Positions 1 to 10,459 of a stretch of 64,000 bases of DNA are shown one piece after another. The notes beneath the pieces were generated by a model that saw only the letters and a list, made by a program, of their open reading frames with translations, ran no database searches and was not told the DNA's origin. The position numbers and the translations under genes are program-made. Numbering within the stretch: the stretch's first letter is position 1; every line of letters starts with the position of its first letter. The stretch is taken from positions 2,252,769 to 2,316,768 of the forward strand of contig OZ244779.1 in the NCBI GenBank assembly GCA_965219575.1, in the 5' to 3' direction. The stretch comes from Candidatus Oxydemutatoraceae bacterium (lineage in GTDB: Bacteria; Pseudomonadota; Gammaproteobacteria; Poriferisulfidales; Oxydemutatoraceae).

Positions 1-40
1 TGTTTTCTACTTTTTTGAGTGCCGATAAAATGAACGACAT
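1..40 (-). CDS. gspB: T2SS accessory protein GspB/ExeB, 5' end only (runs off window)
   Basis: Reverse complement of 1-40 reads ATG MSFILSALKKVEN, matching the MSYILDALKK N-terminus typical of GspB. Starts immediately after the exeA stop. Confidence 0.7.
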   Translation of the reverse strand, partial: MSFILSALKKVEN

Positions 41-1900
41 TTAGCTAACTCCCGAACAGCCTTCGCTTTGTTGTAATTTGGGCGGCTTCCCGGTCAAGGT
101 ATTAATTTTTATCAATGTTTCCCTCCCGACCAAGCCATCGACAAAGATTCCACAACGTTTCTGCAATAGCCTGATGTGGTTCTCCATATCGTAGTCGTAA
201 GACAAGGATTCTTTTATGGGCGGGCCATAATCGGTCAGGCTCGCCAGTTGTTCGCTCAACCAACCAACCGTTTGATCGGTGTCGCCGGGATAAATCGTAT
301 CTCGGTAGTTTTCGGGTCGCTTCCACAATAAGGTATATTCACCCGTCCATACATCATCCAGCTTGTCTTCGGTGAGGTCAATGGTTTGATCCGCCGCAAC
401 GAGGCGTAGACGGTCGGACTTGTCTATGGCTTTCAGCACGGCATAAAAAAGTTGTCCTTCGGTTGAGATCATTTTTAGCAATGCAGGACGGTTCATGCGT
501 TTGATGCTATTGATGCCACCACGGCGATGCCAGCAATCCAGCTGGTGACCCAACGCATACTCACAGGGCGATTGCTCCAACACTTCCGGTAGCTCGATGC
601 CCCAAAGTCCGAACAGTGTGTGGTACGGGTCCCGCTTGCGCGATGCCACCGCTAGACGGTCTTGCCAAAGCGAGGCCACGGGTTCAACTTCTTGCGGTGT
701 TGCATCGGTATTGCTCGTGTCTCGGTATGTTAGGGCGGATAAGTAATCTATCCTCTCGGGGTTGTCGGCAATTTCGTCATCGTTTATATCTTCTTGTGTG
801 TCTCCTTGCGCTAGGGTGGATAGGTGATCCATCCCTATGCTGTTGCCGGCAATTTCGCTATCATTTGTCTCTGCCACATTCAAAGTGTGCTCAGCCGTAT
901 TGCTCGACAGGTTGTTGTCGTTAAACAGTATCGGCAAATGCGGTGGTGCCAAGTTGATCGCAACGGTAACTGCCACTAGCGTTGCCGTTGCCGCCGCAAA
1001 CCAAGCAACGGGGCGAGTATAGTTTCTGCGATTATCGGTTTGCTTAGAACTCGGCATGGCAACGGACAATGCGTTTTTTCGTTTTGAGAACCGGTGTGTG
1101 CCGAATACCTCGCGTGCGGCGCGAGAGACAATGCGAGTATCGACATAACCGCGTTCTTCGGAAAAACATCCGAGCAATGCACGGTCGCATATCAGATTGA
1201 TGAGACGCGGAATACCCTGGCTGTATTTAGCCAACTTGCGCACCGCAGAGTCGGAGAATAGACGCGACGGCGCGCCCACCACCGACAAGCGATGATGAAC
1301 ATAAGCACGCACATCGTTCAGGTTAAAAGGTTTCAGGTGAAAGTGGGCAATGATTCGTTGACGTAATTGACGCAGTCGGGAGTCTGCCAATTTTTCCAGC
1401 AATTCGGGTTGCCCTATCAAGATAATTTGTAGTAGCTTGCTTTCGTTCGTCTCCAGGTTGGTCAGCAGGCGTAGTTGTTCAAGCACTTCGGTGTCGAGGT
1501 TTTGTGCCTCTTCGACGATGACTATGGTACGACGACGACGGGCATAGGTTTCTAATAGGTGTCGGTTTAATACATCGCTTAGCTGCTTGATACCGCTGTT
1601 CTGTTCGTAGACGATGCCCAATTCATCGCATATCGTCTCTAACAATTCGGTTTCGTTGATGCGCGGGTTCAGCACGATGGCAAGGTCTACATCGGTCGGC
1701 AGGTTCTCAACCAAACATCGCCACGCAGTCGTTTTGCCGGTGCCGACCTCGCCGGTGAGTAATATGAAACCACCGTTTTCGTTCAAGCCGTATTGCAGAT
1801 GGGCAAGTGCTTCGCGATGTTGTTCGCTCAGATAGAAATAACGCGGGTTCGGCGCAATCGTGAACGGGTTTTCGCTGAAATTGAAATAGCGTTCGTACAT
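41..1900 (-). CDS. exeA: ExeA/GspA AAA ATPase with C-terminal peptidoglycan-binding domain
   Basis: MYERYFNFSENPFTIAPNP start, Walker A GEVGTGKT, EEAQNL, GIPRLINLICDRALL, a TM segment, and C-terminal VDGLVGRET PG-binding motif. Confidence 0.92.
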   Translation of the reverse strand: MYERYFNFSENPFTIAPNPRYFYLSEQHREALAHLQYGLNENGGFILLTGEVGTGKTTAWRCLVENLPTDVDLAIVLNPRINETELLETICDELGIVYEQNSGIKQLSDVLNRHLLETYARRRRTIVIVEEAQNLDTEVLEQLRLLTNLETNESKLLQIILIGQPELLEKLADSRLRQLRQRIIAHFHLKPFNLNDVRAYVHHRLSVVGAPSRLFSDSAVRKLAKYSQGIPRLINLICDRALLGCFSEERGYVDTRIVSRAAREVFGTHRFSKRKNALSVAMPSSKQTDNRRNYTRPVAWFAAATATLVAVTVAINLAPPHLPILFNDNNLSSNTAEHTLNVAETNDSEIAGNSIGMDHLSTLAQGDTQEDINDDEIADNPERIDYLSALTYRDTSNTDATPQEVEPVASLWQDRLAVASRKRDPYHTLFGLWGIELPEVLEQSPCEYALGHQLDCWHRRGGINSIKRMNRPALLKMISTEGQLFYAVLKAIDKSDRLRLVAADQTIDLTEDKLDDVWTGEYTLLWKRPENYRDTIYPGDTDQTVGWLSEQLASLTDYGPPIKESLSYDYDMENHIRLLQKRCGIFVDGLVGRETLIKINTLTGKPPKLQQSEGCSGVS

Positions 1901-1926
1901 TATGTATAGGGTGCTATTGCGATGAC

Positions 1927-4047
1927 TTAAGTACGCCCGTCGGAAGTGCGAGAACGGGAACTCGGGCTAGGACTAGACCTAGGCGATGATGTCGGGCGTT
2001 TTCTAACGGTCGGGGGTTGGCGTTCCGTTTCCAGCCGCGGCAACAGCATCGTTTCAGTCTCGTCATCTAATAGCGTATCGGTTCTTTTTAGATGTTCCAG
2101 TTGTTCCAAGCGTAGTTGCACATAACGATTGGATGCTTCTTGATATGCGTCTTCGGTAGTCCGAAAAATAGTCGGGCGAATGAAAACCATCAGATTGGTT
2201 TTGTCGTTATTGCTATCGCGTCCTTTGAATAGATTACCTAAAACCGGCAGGTTGCTTAATAACGGAACTCGATTTTTAGAATCTTGTCGTCGCTCTTCAA
2301 CCAAACCACCCAAAACCACGATTTTACCGTCGTCCACAACAACATGGGTTTGGATTTCTCTATCGGAAGTGACCGGACGGGGAGTATCAGCACCGCTAGT
2401 TACCCGTTTTACTTTCTGTTTTATTTTAAGACTTACTGCATCACCTTTGGTTATTTGCGGTGTTACCTCTAGCTCGGTATCTACATCCAAGCGTTCTATG
2501 TTTCGCTCAACGGTGCCCTCTACGCCAACAGCACCCGCATCAATGCTCCTTTCTTCACCGACTTTGATTAACGCTTTCTCGTTGTTTAGCGTCATTACCG
2601 ACGGGGTGGCAAGAATATTCGTATTTCGATCCGTGTTAAGTGCTTGTATAAACAAGCCTAAGTTGAGATCGCCCGACCGACCTCCGGCAAAAACATTAAA
2701 AGACGGGGTATCGGCAGTAAGGTTAAAAGCGGCAAACAAACCGCGCAAGCTGGTTACCGGATTTCTGTTTCTTGGACTAGTTCCTCCTCCCGGTAAGTCG
2801 GTACCATCTTTGCTACCACTCAGTCGAGTGCTTATGTTTGCCGAACGATTTAAGGATAGCTCGGCGATAATCGCTTCTATCAGAACCTGTGGGCGCGGCA
2901 CATCCAGTCGTTCAACGACATCGGCAATCGCCTGCACCAGATTAGCTGCCCCACTGACAATTAATACATTGGTATCGGAATCGGATTGCACGGTATAACC
3001 GCTACCGCTTAAAGTCTCGCCTTTTTTCTCGTCCTTTTTGTCGTCGTCCTTTTTGTCGTCATCCTTTTTATCGTCGTCTTTTTTGTCGTCGTCCTTTTTG
3101 TCGTCGGCTTTCGGTGCTTGCCGATCATCCATAATGTCGCCTTCGCTGGCTAATTCCAAAAATTGCTTGGTCAATAAGCCTTTGAGTATGCTTTTCATGT
3201 CGTCGGCGTTGGCGTAGCTCAGCGGTATCACGCGCACCACGCCGCGTTGATCCGAGGTCGTCGGACGCGTATCCAATTCGGCAATTAGCGCGCGCAACGG
3301 CAGGCGATCTTGCGGTTCGCCGGTCAAGATGATGCGGTCGTTCTTTTGGTCGGTGACGATTTTAGCCAACTGTTTGAGGGCGGGGTTGCGCGCTTTTTCT
3401 ATGATCCTTGCTATGTCGTCGGCTTTCAAATGTTTGAGTTCGATAATCTCATAGTCGTCTAGGGACTTTCTGTCAACCGCCTTGATGATTTCTTTGATAC
3501 GCTCTATGTTGGTCTTGAGTTCGGTGACGATCAGCGAGTTAAGACGTTTGAAAGGAACGACTTGCGCCTCACCGGTCATCAACGGCCGGATAATCGGAAT
3601 AACGGCACCCACATCTAAATGTCTGACGGGGATAATTTCGGTTTGCAGGGAACTTGCCACATCCAGCGGTGAATAGCGCGGTGCGAGGTTGGCAGGCACG
3701 ATGCTCGTCAAACCGTTTGCCACGTCCACCGCTCTGAAACCTTGCATCGCCAATACCGTCAGCATAATATCGTAAAGCGCGTCGTCCGGTACTTCGGAAT
3801 TGGCTATAATCGTCGTTTTACCTCTGACCCTGGCATCCATTAAAAAGTTACGCCCGGTTAATTCGGACATACTTTCGATGAACTGCCTGATCTCGACATC
3901 TCTGAAGTTGATTGTTGCCGCCGTCGATAAAGACGGGACTACCAACATCAGTCCCAGCATGATAGCGCATAGCTTTTTAGAGAATAGATTGCCGTTTATT
4001 TCGGCAGAGCGAATAGATACTTTTTCAGTGGCTTTGCGTTGCCACAT
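1927..4047 (-). CDS. gspD: Type II secretion secretin GspD
   Basis: INFRDVEIRQFIESMSELTGRNF N0 domain, RPQVLIEAIIAE, ILATPSVMTLNN, VPLLSNLPVLGNLF. Start uncertain: ORF extends to 4128, and the ATG at 4047 avoids overlap with gspC. Confidence 0.93.
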   Translation of the reverse strand: MWQRKATEKVSIRSAEINGNLFSKKLCAIMLGLMLVVPSLSTAATINFRDVEIRQFIESMSELTGRNFLMDARVRGKTTIIANSEVPDDALYDIMLTVLAMQGFRAVDVANGLTSIVPANLAPRYSPLDVASSLQTEIIPVRHLDVGAVIPIIRPLMTGEAQVVPFKRLNSLIVTELKTNIERIKEIIKAVDRKSLDDYEIIELKHLKADDIARIIEKARNPALKQLAKIVTDQKNDRIILTGEPQDRLPLRALIAELDTRPTTSDQRGVVRVIPLSYANADDMKSILKGLLTKQFLELASEGDIMDDRQAPKADDKKDDDKKDDDKKDDDKKDDDKKDEKKGETLSGSGYTVQSDSDTNVLIVSGAANLVQAIADVVERLDVPRPQVLIEAIIAELSLNRSANISTRLSGSKDGTDLPGGGTSPRNRNPVTSLRGLFAAFNLTADTPSFNVFAGGRSGDLNLGLFIQALNTDRNTNILATPSVMTLNNEKALIKVGEERSIDAGAVGVEGTVERNIERLDVDTELEVTPQITKGDAVSLKIKQKVKRVTSGADTPRPVTSDREIQTHVVVDDGKIVVLGGLVEERRQDSKNRVPLLSNLPVLGNLFKGRDSNNDKTNLMVFIRPTIFRTTEDAYQEASNRYVQLRLEQLEHLKRTDTLLDDETETMLLPRLETERQPPTVRKRPTSSPRSSPSPSSRSRTSDGRT
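3021..3106 (-). repeat. 15-bp tandem repeat encoding (KKDDD)n inside gspD
   Basis: About 5-6 copies of gacgacaaaaag-type units; protein reads KADDKKDDDKKDDDKKDDDKKDDDKKDEKK. Confidence 0.9.
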
Positions 4048-4057
4048 AGATAATTTA

Positions 4058-4924
4058 TTAATTGATTTTAACAACGGTACTCTCCAGTTTTCCCTCTCTG
4101 ATATACTGAATTCTAACTTCTTTTTCATTTATTATATTTCTGAGAGACGACGGGTTTTCCATAATATCGGTAATCCGCTGCTTGGCAATCCCCAACACGA
4201 TATCTCCCGGGTTCAGGTCGAGCTGGGTAAATAAATCGTATTCGGAACTCATTCCCGGTTCGATTTTAACGCCTTCACCGTAGCGTCCGGTATTAACTCT
4301 CTCAAATTTAACCATCTCCCCTATTTTAAGCGGATTTTCCTTGATGACCGCAATAACATTATCGTTGCGCCTTGCGGGCGGTGGAGCTTCTGTCGATGCC
4401 GATGCCGCCGCTTGTGCTTGCGGTGCCGGGTCGGTGAACAAATTATTTGCTTTCTTGATTGCTAATTTTTCCTCGGTCTCACCTCTTAACAATATAACAT
4501 GATCATTTCCCAACCGAGATAGGAATACACCCTCTTTGATCTCGTCACCGATTGCATAAATTTTAGGACCTCTGTTTTCGACATTAATCATTGCCGTACC
4601 GGTCTCACCAACACCGACAATACCGATTAACGTGGCCTGGATGCGGGCAATCTGAACCGGCTTGGGCTTGGGTGGTTGGCGTAACTTAAACCATTCCCAT
4701 GATGTTGAGGCATTGCCGGCTTGACCGCGGACTGCCAACTGCTTTCCGATATCGCCGCTCTGCTCCAAAGATATCGTATCGGGATAATAAATCTTCCAAA
4801 AAATATCCGATAATAAAAAAGTGCATACCGGCACCAAAATCCACGCAATAACACGACCCAGAACCTTACTAATGCTTGCTGCCGGCAAACTCAATCCCGA
4901 CGACGATATTACGAAACTACTCAT
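4058..4924 (-). CDS. gspC: Type II secretion protein GspC (HR + PDZ-like domain)
   Basis: N-terminal TM, TLIGIV...YAIGDEI...HVILLRGETEEKL HR domain, C-terminal LNPGDIVLGI PDZ-like segment. Lies upstream of gspD, with a GGAG RBS before ATG 4924. Confidence 0.85.
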   Translation of the reverse strand: MSSFVISSSGLSLPAASISKVLGRVIAWILVPVCTFLLSDIFWKIYYPDTISLEQSGDIGKQLAVRGQAGNASTSWEWFKLRQPPKPKPVQIARIQATLIGIVGVGETGTAMINVENRGPKIYAIGDEIKEGVFLSRLGNDHVILLRGETEEKLAIKKANNLFTDPAPQAQAAASASTEAPPPARRNDNVIAVIKENPLKIGEMVKFERVNTGRYGEGVKIEPGMSSEYDLFTQLDLNPGDIVLGIAKQRITDIMENPSSLRNIINEKEVRIQYIREGKLESTVVKIN

Positions 4925-5083
4925 AATCGCTCCCCTTGCAATAACCTTAGATGCAAGATAAACCATTCTACCACATTATAGATAAATATAGATTTTCGGT
5001 GTGATCGGCAGTCGGCGAAGCCTGTGTAAAAACTGAAAATTACACAATCTATCTGCGTTATAATTCAACTCAAGAGGTTAAAA

Positions 5084-5320
5084 ATGGAAAATATAGAACT
5101 AAGACTAAGCAAAGTTGAAGCCGACATCATAGACATGAAAACCGATATGGCAATCGTGAAAACCGACATTGTGAATATACAAGCCGACATAGCGGTTATG
5201 AGAGCAGAACACTCTAAATTCAGGGATGATAACTATAAATGAAGCCTCATTGCGCTAGCTTTCGGCATCGTTGTTTCGATAAGTGCTATTGTCAGTGCAG
5301 TCGTGATTTTTGTGAACTGA
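5084..5320 (+). pseudogene. Coiled-coil, C-terminally anchored protein (DUF1640/CCDC90-like); in-frame TGA at 5240-5242
   Basis: Reads MENIELRLSKVEADIIDMKTD...RDDNYK*SLIALAFGIVVSISAIVSAVVIFVN. The paralog at 61530 has TGG (Trp) at this position and the same upstream DNA. Confidence 0.8.
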
Positions 5321-5333
5321 TGTCTAAAAACGT

Positions 5334-5637
5334 GGGGCTGTTGGAAAAGTATTTCATGCAATGTAAGGGCAGAACAGAGCCACCGATTGAGCCAGTGGGT
5401 CAATCGGCAATTTAATAATGTCTGCCCTAAAGTATCGTTCAGAATAGCCACAACCGCTTGCGCCATTTGATTTTGGTTTCCATAAATTGGATGAATGAAT
5501 GTATAAATTGTACAGACGCAACGCGTTACGGGCGGACATGTTAGTCCGCCCCTACGGTTCGTGGATATTTTTCAACAGTCCCATAACACAACCACCCCGT
5601 CAGGCTGCGCCTGCCACCCCTCCAGAGGAGGGGAATT
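5334..5637. repeat. Modular intergenic repeat element
   Basis: GGGGCTGTTGGAAAAGTA ... TTTTTCAACAGTCCC inverted ends enclosing GCCGATTGA/TCAATCGGC and GGGCGGAC/GTCCGCCCCTAC hairpins, followed by the CCCCTCC-N3-GGAGGGGAAT module. Confidence 0.9.
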
Positions 5638-5642
5638 AACTA

Positions 5643-6785
5643 GTGCAGACCCGTTACAATTACAAGGTCGGAAGTTTCTGGACGGCGAGACAACGACAGG
5701 GACATAGCCTTCACGAAATTAGCTATAGAGCTTGTTTTAAGCCGCAGTTGCCGTCTTACTTTATAGATAAATATACATCGGTCGGCGATATCGTCCTCGA
5801 TCCTTTTATGGGCAGAGGCACCACCGCATTGCAAGCATCTTTAACGGAACGCATCGCTTACGGTAGCGATATCAATCCGTTGTCCACCATTCTTGTTGCG
5901 CCTAGATTAAATCCCCCCAATTTATGCGATGTAGAAAAAACACTCAGAGCGATGCCACAGAACGCAGACATACTCGACGAATACCGAGAGTTACTAACTT
6001 TTTTTCATCCGCAAACCCTAAGCCACTTAATAGCGATAAGGAATTGGTTTACAGAAAAAGAAACGAACAACACGATGACGAGTGCAGATCACTGGATACG
6101 AATGGTCATATTGAATAGGCTCAGCGGACATTCATCGGGGTTTTTATCGGTAAAAACCATGCCACCTAATCAAGCGGTCTCCGTAGAGAAACAGGCACAG
6201 ATAAACAAGCAATATAACCGCACACCGGAGCCTAAAGATTTAATCGCTATCGTGATGAAAAAAAGCAGAACCTTATTAAGGTCCGGATATCCATCGGCAT
6301 TAAAGTTCGGATATCCGCCGGTGGACGATAAACATAAATTGAGGTGTTGCCGTGCCGACGCGTTGGACTATATCAAAACCGGTGAGGTTAAACTGGTGGT
6401 GACATCGCCGCCGTTCCTGGACATAGTGGATTATGCCAAGGATAACTGGTTGCGGTGTTGGTTCGCCGATATAGACCCCGATAAAGTGAGCATCGATTGC
6501 CATAGCACCGTAGAAAAGTGGCGAGGGTTTGTGCGGCGAGTCTTCACCGAGTTTGCAAGGGTGGTGATGCCCGGCGGCTATGTCGCTTTTGAAGTGGGAG
6601 AGGTGCGCAACGGGAAAGTGCTATTGGACGAGGAGGTATTGAAATCAATAACAGACCTGCCTTTTGAACTCGTAGAGGTGCTCATCAATCAACAAGAATT
6701 TACTAAAACTTCTAATTGCTGGGGAATTAGCAACAATAAATCGGGGACTTTGACAAATAGAATAGTCGTTGTCCAAAAGAAATGA
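5643..6785 (+). CDS. Orphan amino (N4-C/N6-A) DNA methyltransferase
   Basis: SAM-binding motif DPFMGRGTT precedes catalytic VVTSPPF. No adjacent endonuclease. Confidence 0.85.
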   Translation: MQTRYNYKVGSFWTARQRQGHSLHEISYRACFKPQLPSYFIDKYTSVGDIVLDPFMGRGTTALQASLTERIAYGSDINPLSTILVAPRLNPPNLCDVEKTLRAMPQNADILDEYRELLTFFHPQTLSHLIAIRNWFTEKETNNTMTSADHWIRMVILNRLSGHSSGFLSVKTMPPNQAVSVEKQAQINKQYNRTPEPKDLIAIVMKKSRTLLRSGYPSALKFGYPPVDDKHKLRCCRADALDYIKTGEVKLVVTSPPFLDIVDYAKDNWLRCWFADIDPDKVSIDCHSTVEKWRGFVRRVFTEFARVVMPGGYVAFEVGEVRNGKVLLDEEVLKSITDLPFELVEVLINQQEFTKTSNCWGISNNKSGTLTNRIVVVQKK

Positions 6786-7245
6786 AGCTGTTGAAAAAGT
6801 ACTCCCTCTCCCAAGCCATAGGGTGGTTTGCAGATATTCAATGGTGCAAGCGGTTGGGTTCGTGCAAACATGACGCGTGTTCGGGTGGACATGCAAGTCC
6901 GCCCCTACGACTCGGTGGTTTGCATAAATTCATGGCGCAAGCGGCTACGACGGAAATGAAGCTGTTGAAAAAGTACTCCCTCTCCCAAGCCATAGGGTGG
7001 TTTGCAGATATTCAATGGCGCAAGCGGTTGGGTTCGTGCAAACATGACGCGTGTTCGGGCGGACATGCAAGTCCGCCCCTACGACTCAGTGGTTTGCAGA
7101 TATTCAATGGTGCAAGCGGTTGGGTTCGTGCAAACATGACGCGTGTTCGGGTGGACATGCAAGTCCGCCCCTAAGACTCGGTGGTTTGCATAAATTCATG
7201 GCGCAAGCGGCTACGGTTGTACAACGATACTTTTTCAACAGTCCC
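6782..7245. repeat. Modular repeat element with internal tandem duplications (174-bp and ~93-bp units)
   Basis: ATGAAGCTGTTGAAAAAGTACTCC at 6782 and 6956; three REP hairpins; right end TACTTTTTCAACAGTCCC. Confidence 0.9.
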
Positions 7246-7338
7246 GAAATAGCCGAGGACGCAGGTGATAGTACGACGAAAAAATGCTAACATACACATT
7301 TATAAACTAATCGTCTATTTCTCAACAGGACTATCCAG

Positions 7339-7617
7339 ATGAAGCTAATCTCTTTATTATCTGCGGTTGCCGCTTGGTCGCTTGCCGTCGTATTGGTTAT
7401 GCAGTTGTTGTCCGGTAACTTTGACACCCGCACTTGCCAAACGGATTGCGTGCAGAACATCTTTTGGTTATCTTTAGGTGTGTGCGTGCTCGGCTTGATA
7501 GTCGGTTGGGGTTTCGTTAAAAAACCCAAGCCCGGTTCGGTTATGTTTGCCAACATCGCGCTGTCGTTATTGCTTCTCATCTACTTGACCACGATAGGAA
7601 TCGGTACCTTTGGCTAA
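7339..7617 (+). CDS. Small hypothetical membrane protein (3 TM, CxxxC)
   Basis: AGGA RBS, three hydrophobic segments, CQTDC; directly upstream of coaD. Confidence 0.7.
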   Translation: MKLISLLSAVAAWSLAVVLVMQLLSGNFDTRTCQTDCVQNIFWLSLGVCVLGLIVGWGFVKKPKPGSVMFANIALSLLLLIYLTTIGIGTFG

Positions 7618-7633
7618 CAAGCATGGATAAATT

Positions 7634-8355
<722 letters not shown>

Positions 8356-8375
8356 TGCATGATGGGAGACACGCT

Positions 8376-10046
8376 ATGTTTAGATTGATTGCTTTGATTG
8401 TTATTTATGCCGTAGCTACGACGGTGTCGGCGGATGTACGGCCGGGTGCGGCGGCGGTCGCCACCGCGCATCCTTTAGCGACCGCTGCGGCGCAGGAAAT
8501 ACTGGAGCAAGGCGGCAATGCTTACGATGCCGCAGTGGCGGCTGCCGCAATGCTGGCAGTCGTCGAGCCTTACTCTTCGGGCTTGGGCGGTGGTGGTTTT
8601 TGGCTACTACAACAAAGCGATGGCAAAGCACTGATGATAGATGCCAGAGAAAAAGCACCGTTGGCAGCACATGCAAAACTTTACTTGGACGATCAGGGAC
8701 AGTTGATTGAAAACGCATCTATCAACGGACCTTTGGCGGCAGGTATTCCGGGAGAACCTGCCGGACTCGCTTATATCTCGGAGCATTACGGTCGCCTCGA
8801 ACTTTCGCAGTCGTTGGCAGCGGCGATCAAAGTCGCACGAGACGGATTCGCGGTTGACGAAATATATCAAAACATGACAAAACTACGGTTGGATGCCCTG
8901 CGAGCATCGTCGGCAGCTGCGGACATTTTCTTAAAGGACAATCAAGTTCCGGATTTAGGACACCTAATTATACAAAACGATCTTGCGGAAACTTTGGAAC
9001 TCTTGGCACAACAAGGAGCTCGCGGCTTCTACGAAGGGGCTATGGCGGACAAATTAGTCGAAGGTGTGCTGGACAACGGCGGGATATGGAGTAAAGCAGA
9101 CCTCGCACAATATCAAATCGTAGAGAGAAAGCCTATACGATTCAATTATCGCGGTGCGCAAATCATCAGCGCGGCACCGCCCTCCTCGGGTGGCATCGTG
9201 CTAGGCATCATTTTCAATACGCTAACAAAGTTGGGTAGCCGAGAAACCGACTCGCTAACAAAGATTCACTATGCGGTAGAAGCAATGCGACGCGCTTACC
9301 ACGACCGTGCCCTTTATCTCGGTGATACGGATTTCGTCGATGTGCCGATTGACCGCTTGTTAAGTATTTCCTATGCGCGCCAATTGGCTCGGACTATCTC
9401 AGCCTCGAAAGCAACGCCTAGCGCAGAGTTATCGAATACCGATCGGGGTGTTTTAGAATCCGATAACACAACACACTATTCGATCATAGACGCCGACGGC
9501 AATCGTGTTGCCGCAACGCTTTCTATTAATTACGCTTTCGGTTCGGGATTCGTAGTGCCGAATACGGGTATCTTGTTGAACGACGAAATGGACGATTTCG
9601 TCGCAAAACCGGGGGTGCCCAATCTATACGGCTTGGTCGGTTCCGAAGCGAACGAAATAGCTCCCGGCAAGCGTATGCTGTCGAGCATGTCACCGACCTT
9701 CGTAGACGACGGCAGAAGACTTGCAATTATAGGCACGCCCGGCGGTAGCCGTATTATCACGATGGTGATGTCGGCAATTATGAATTTTTTAGAAAACGAT
9801 AGTGCTTCGGAAATCGTATCCGCCCCCCGTTATCATCACCAATATTTACCCGACGAGGTGAGCTTTGAGAACGGTGCCTTCTCCATTGACACACAACGTG
9901 CCTTGACCTCTTTAGGTCATCGTCTGAAACCCTACGACGGCACTTACGGCAATATGCAGGTTGTGATTTGGGATTACCTGCAAAATAAGCTGGACGCAGC
10001 TTCCGACCCCAGAGGAATAGGCAAAGCATGGATCGGCAGCCGATAG
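8376..10046 (+). CDS. ggt: Gamma-glutamyltransferase
   Basis: Signal peptide, GGNAYDAAVA, SGLGGGGF, TTHYSIID autocleavage Thr, LSSMSPT, GTPGGSRI, ASDPRG. Confidence 0.96.
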   Translation: MFRLIALIVIYAVATTVSADVRPGAAAVATAHPLATAAAQEILEQGGNAYDAAVAAAAMLAVVEPYSSGLGGGGFWLLQQSDGKALMIDAREKAPLAAHAKLYLDDQGQLIENASINGPLAAGIPGEPAGLAYISEHYGRLELSQSLAAAIKVARDGFAVDEIYQNMTKLRLDALRASSAAADIFLKDNQVPDLGHLIIQNDLAETLELLAQQGARGFYEGAMADKLVEGVLDNGGIWSKADLAQYQIVERKPIRFNYRGAQIISAAPPSSGGIVLGIIFNTLTKLGSRETDSLTKIHYAVEAMRRAYHDRALYLGDTDFVDVPIDRLLSISYARQLARTISASKATPSAELSNTDRGVLESDNTTHYSIIDADGNRVAATLSINYAFGSGFVVPNTGILLNDEMDDFVAKPGVPNLYGLVGSEANEIAPGKRMLSSMSPTFVDDGRRLAIIGTPGGSRIITMVMSAIMNFLENDSASEIVSAPRYHHQYLPDEVSFENGAFSIDTQRALTSLGHRLKPYDGTYGNMQVVIWDYLQNKLDAASDPRGIGKAWIGSR

Positions 10047-10071
10047 TCATGGAAAGTGCAGACACTTCTGC

Positions 10072-10458
10072 GACTGTTGAAAAAGTATCCACGAACTGTA
10101 GGGCCGGTACATTCCCCTCCTTTGGAGGGGTGGCAGGCGCAGCCTGACGAGGTGGTCGCTAGGGTCTTGCACAATGTCACGCCGATTGAGCCAGTAGGTC
10201 AATCGGCGGCTCTGTTCTGCCCGTAACGCGCTGGTTGGCACGATTTATACATTCATTCACCCGATTTATGGAAACCAAAACCAAATGGCGCAAGCGGTTA
10301 CGGCTGTGCAGAACGGCACTTAAGGGCAGACATATAAGTCTGCCCCTACGACTCGGTGGTTATCGTAAATTCAATGGCGCAAGCGGTTACAGTTGCACGC
10401 TGACGATACTTTCTCAACAGCCCCACGATGCGACCAGCCCTACAAGGTCAATCAGCGG
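10072..10458. repeat. Modular repeat element (left border of T3SS cluster)
   Basis: GACTGTTGAAAAAGTA ... TACTTTCTCAACAGCCCC ends enclosing all hairpin modules and the ATGGAAACCAAAACCAAATGGCGCAAGCGG block. Confidence 0.9.
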
Positions 10459-10459
10459 T

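Noticed and set aside
2180-2998. 272-aa plus-strand ORF and other long antisense ORFs (e.g. 17401-17829, 25813-26169, 61574-61999)
   Set aside because: They are shadows of well-supported genes on the opposite strand, with no recognisable motifs.
5240-5242. TGA recoded as Trp (alternative genetic code)
   Set aside because: TGA terminates conserved genes at the expected positions (coaD, iscA, hemW, hsdM), and Trp is TGG elsewhere.
6782-7245. Possible CRISPR array (recurring repeats with hairpins)
   Set aside because: Units are long (93-174 bp), the intervening sequences are themselves repeated rather than unique spacers, and no cas genes are present.
6782-7290. ORFs 6782-7174 and 7051-7290, and similar ORFs at 10235, 20359-20910, 33214-33563, 43720, 49081-49453, 60970-61295 and 62076-62568
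   Set aside because: They are translations of the non-coding repeat modules in assorted frames and strands, with no consistent start, stop or RBS.
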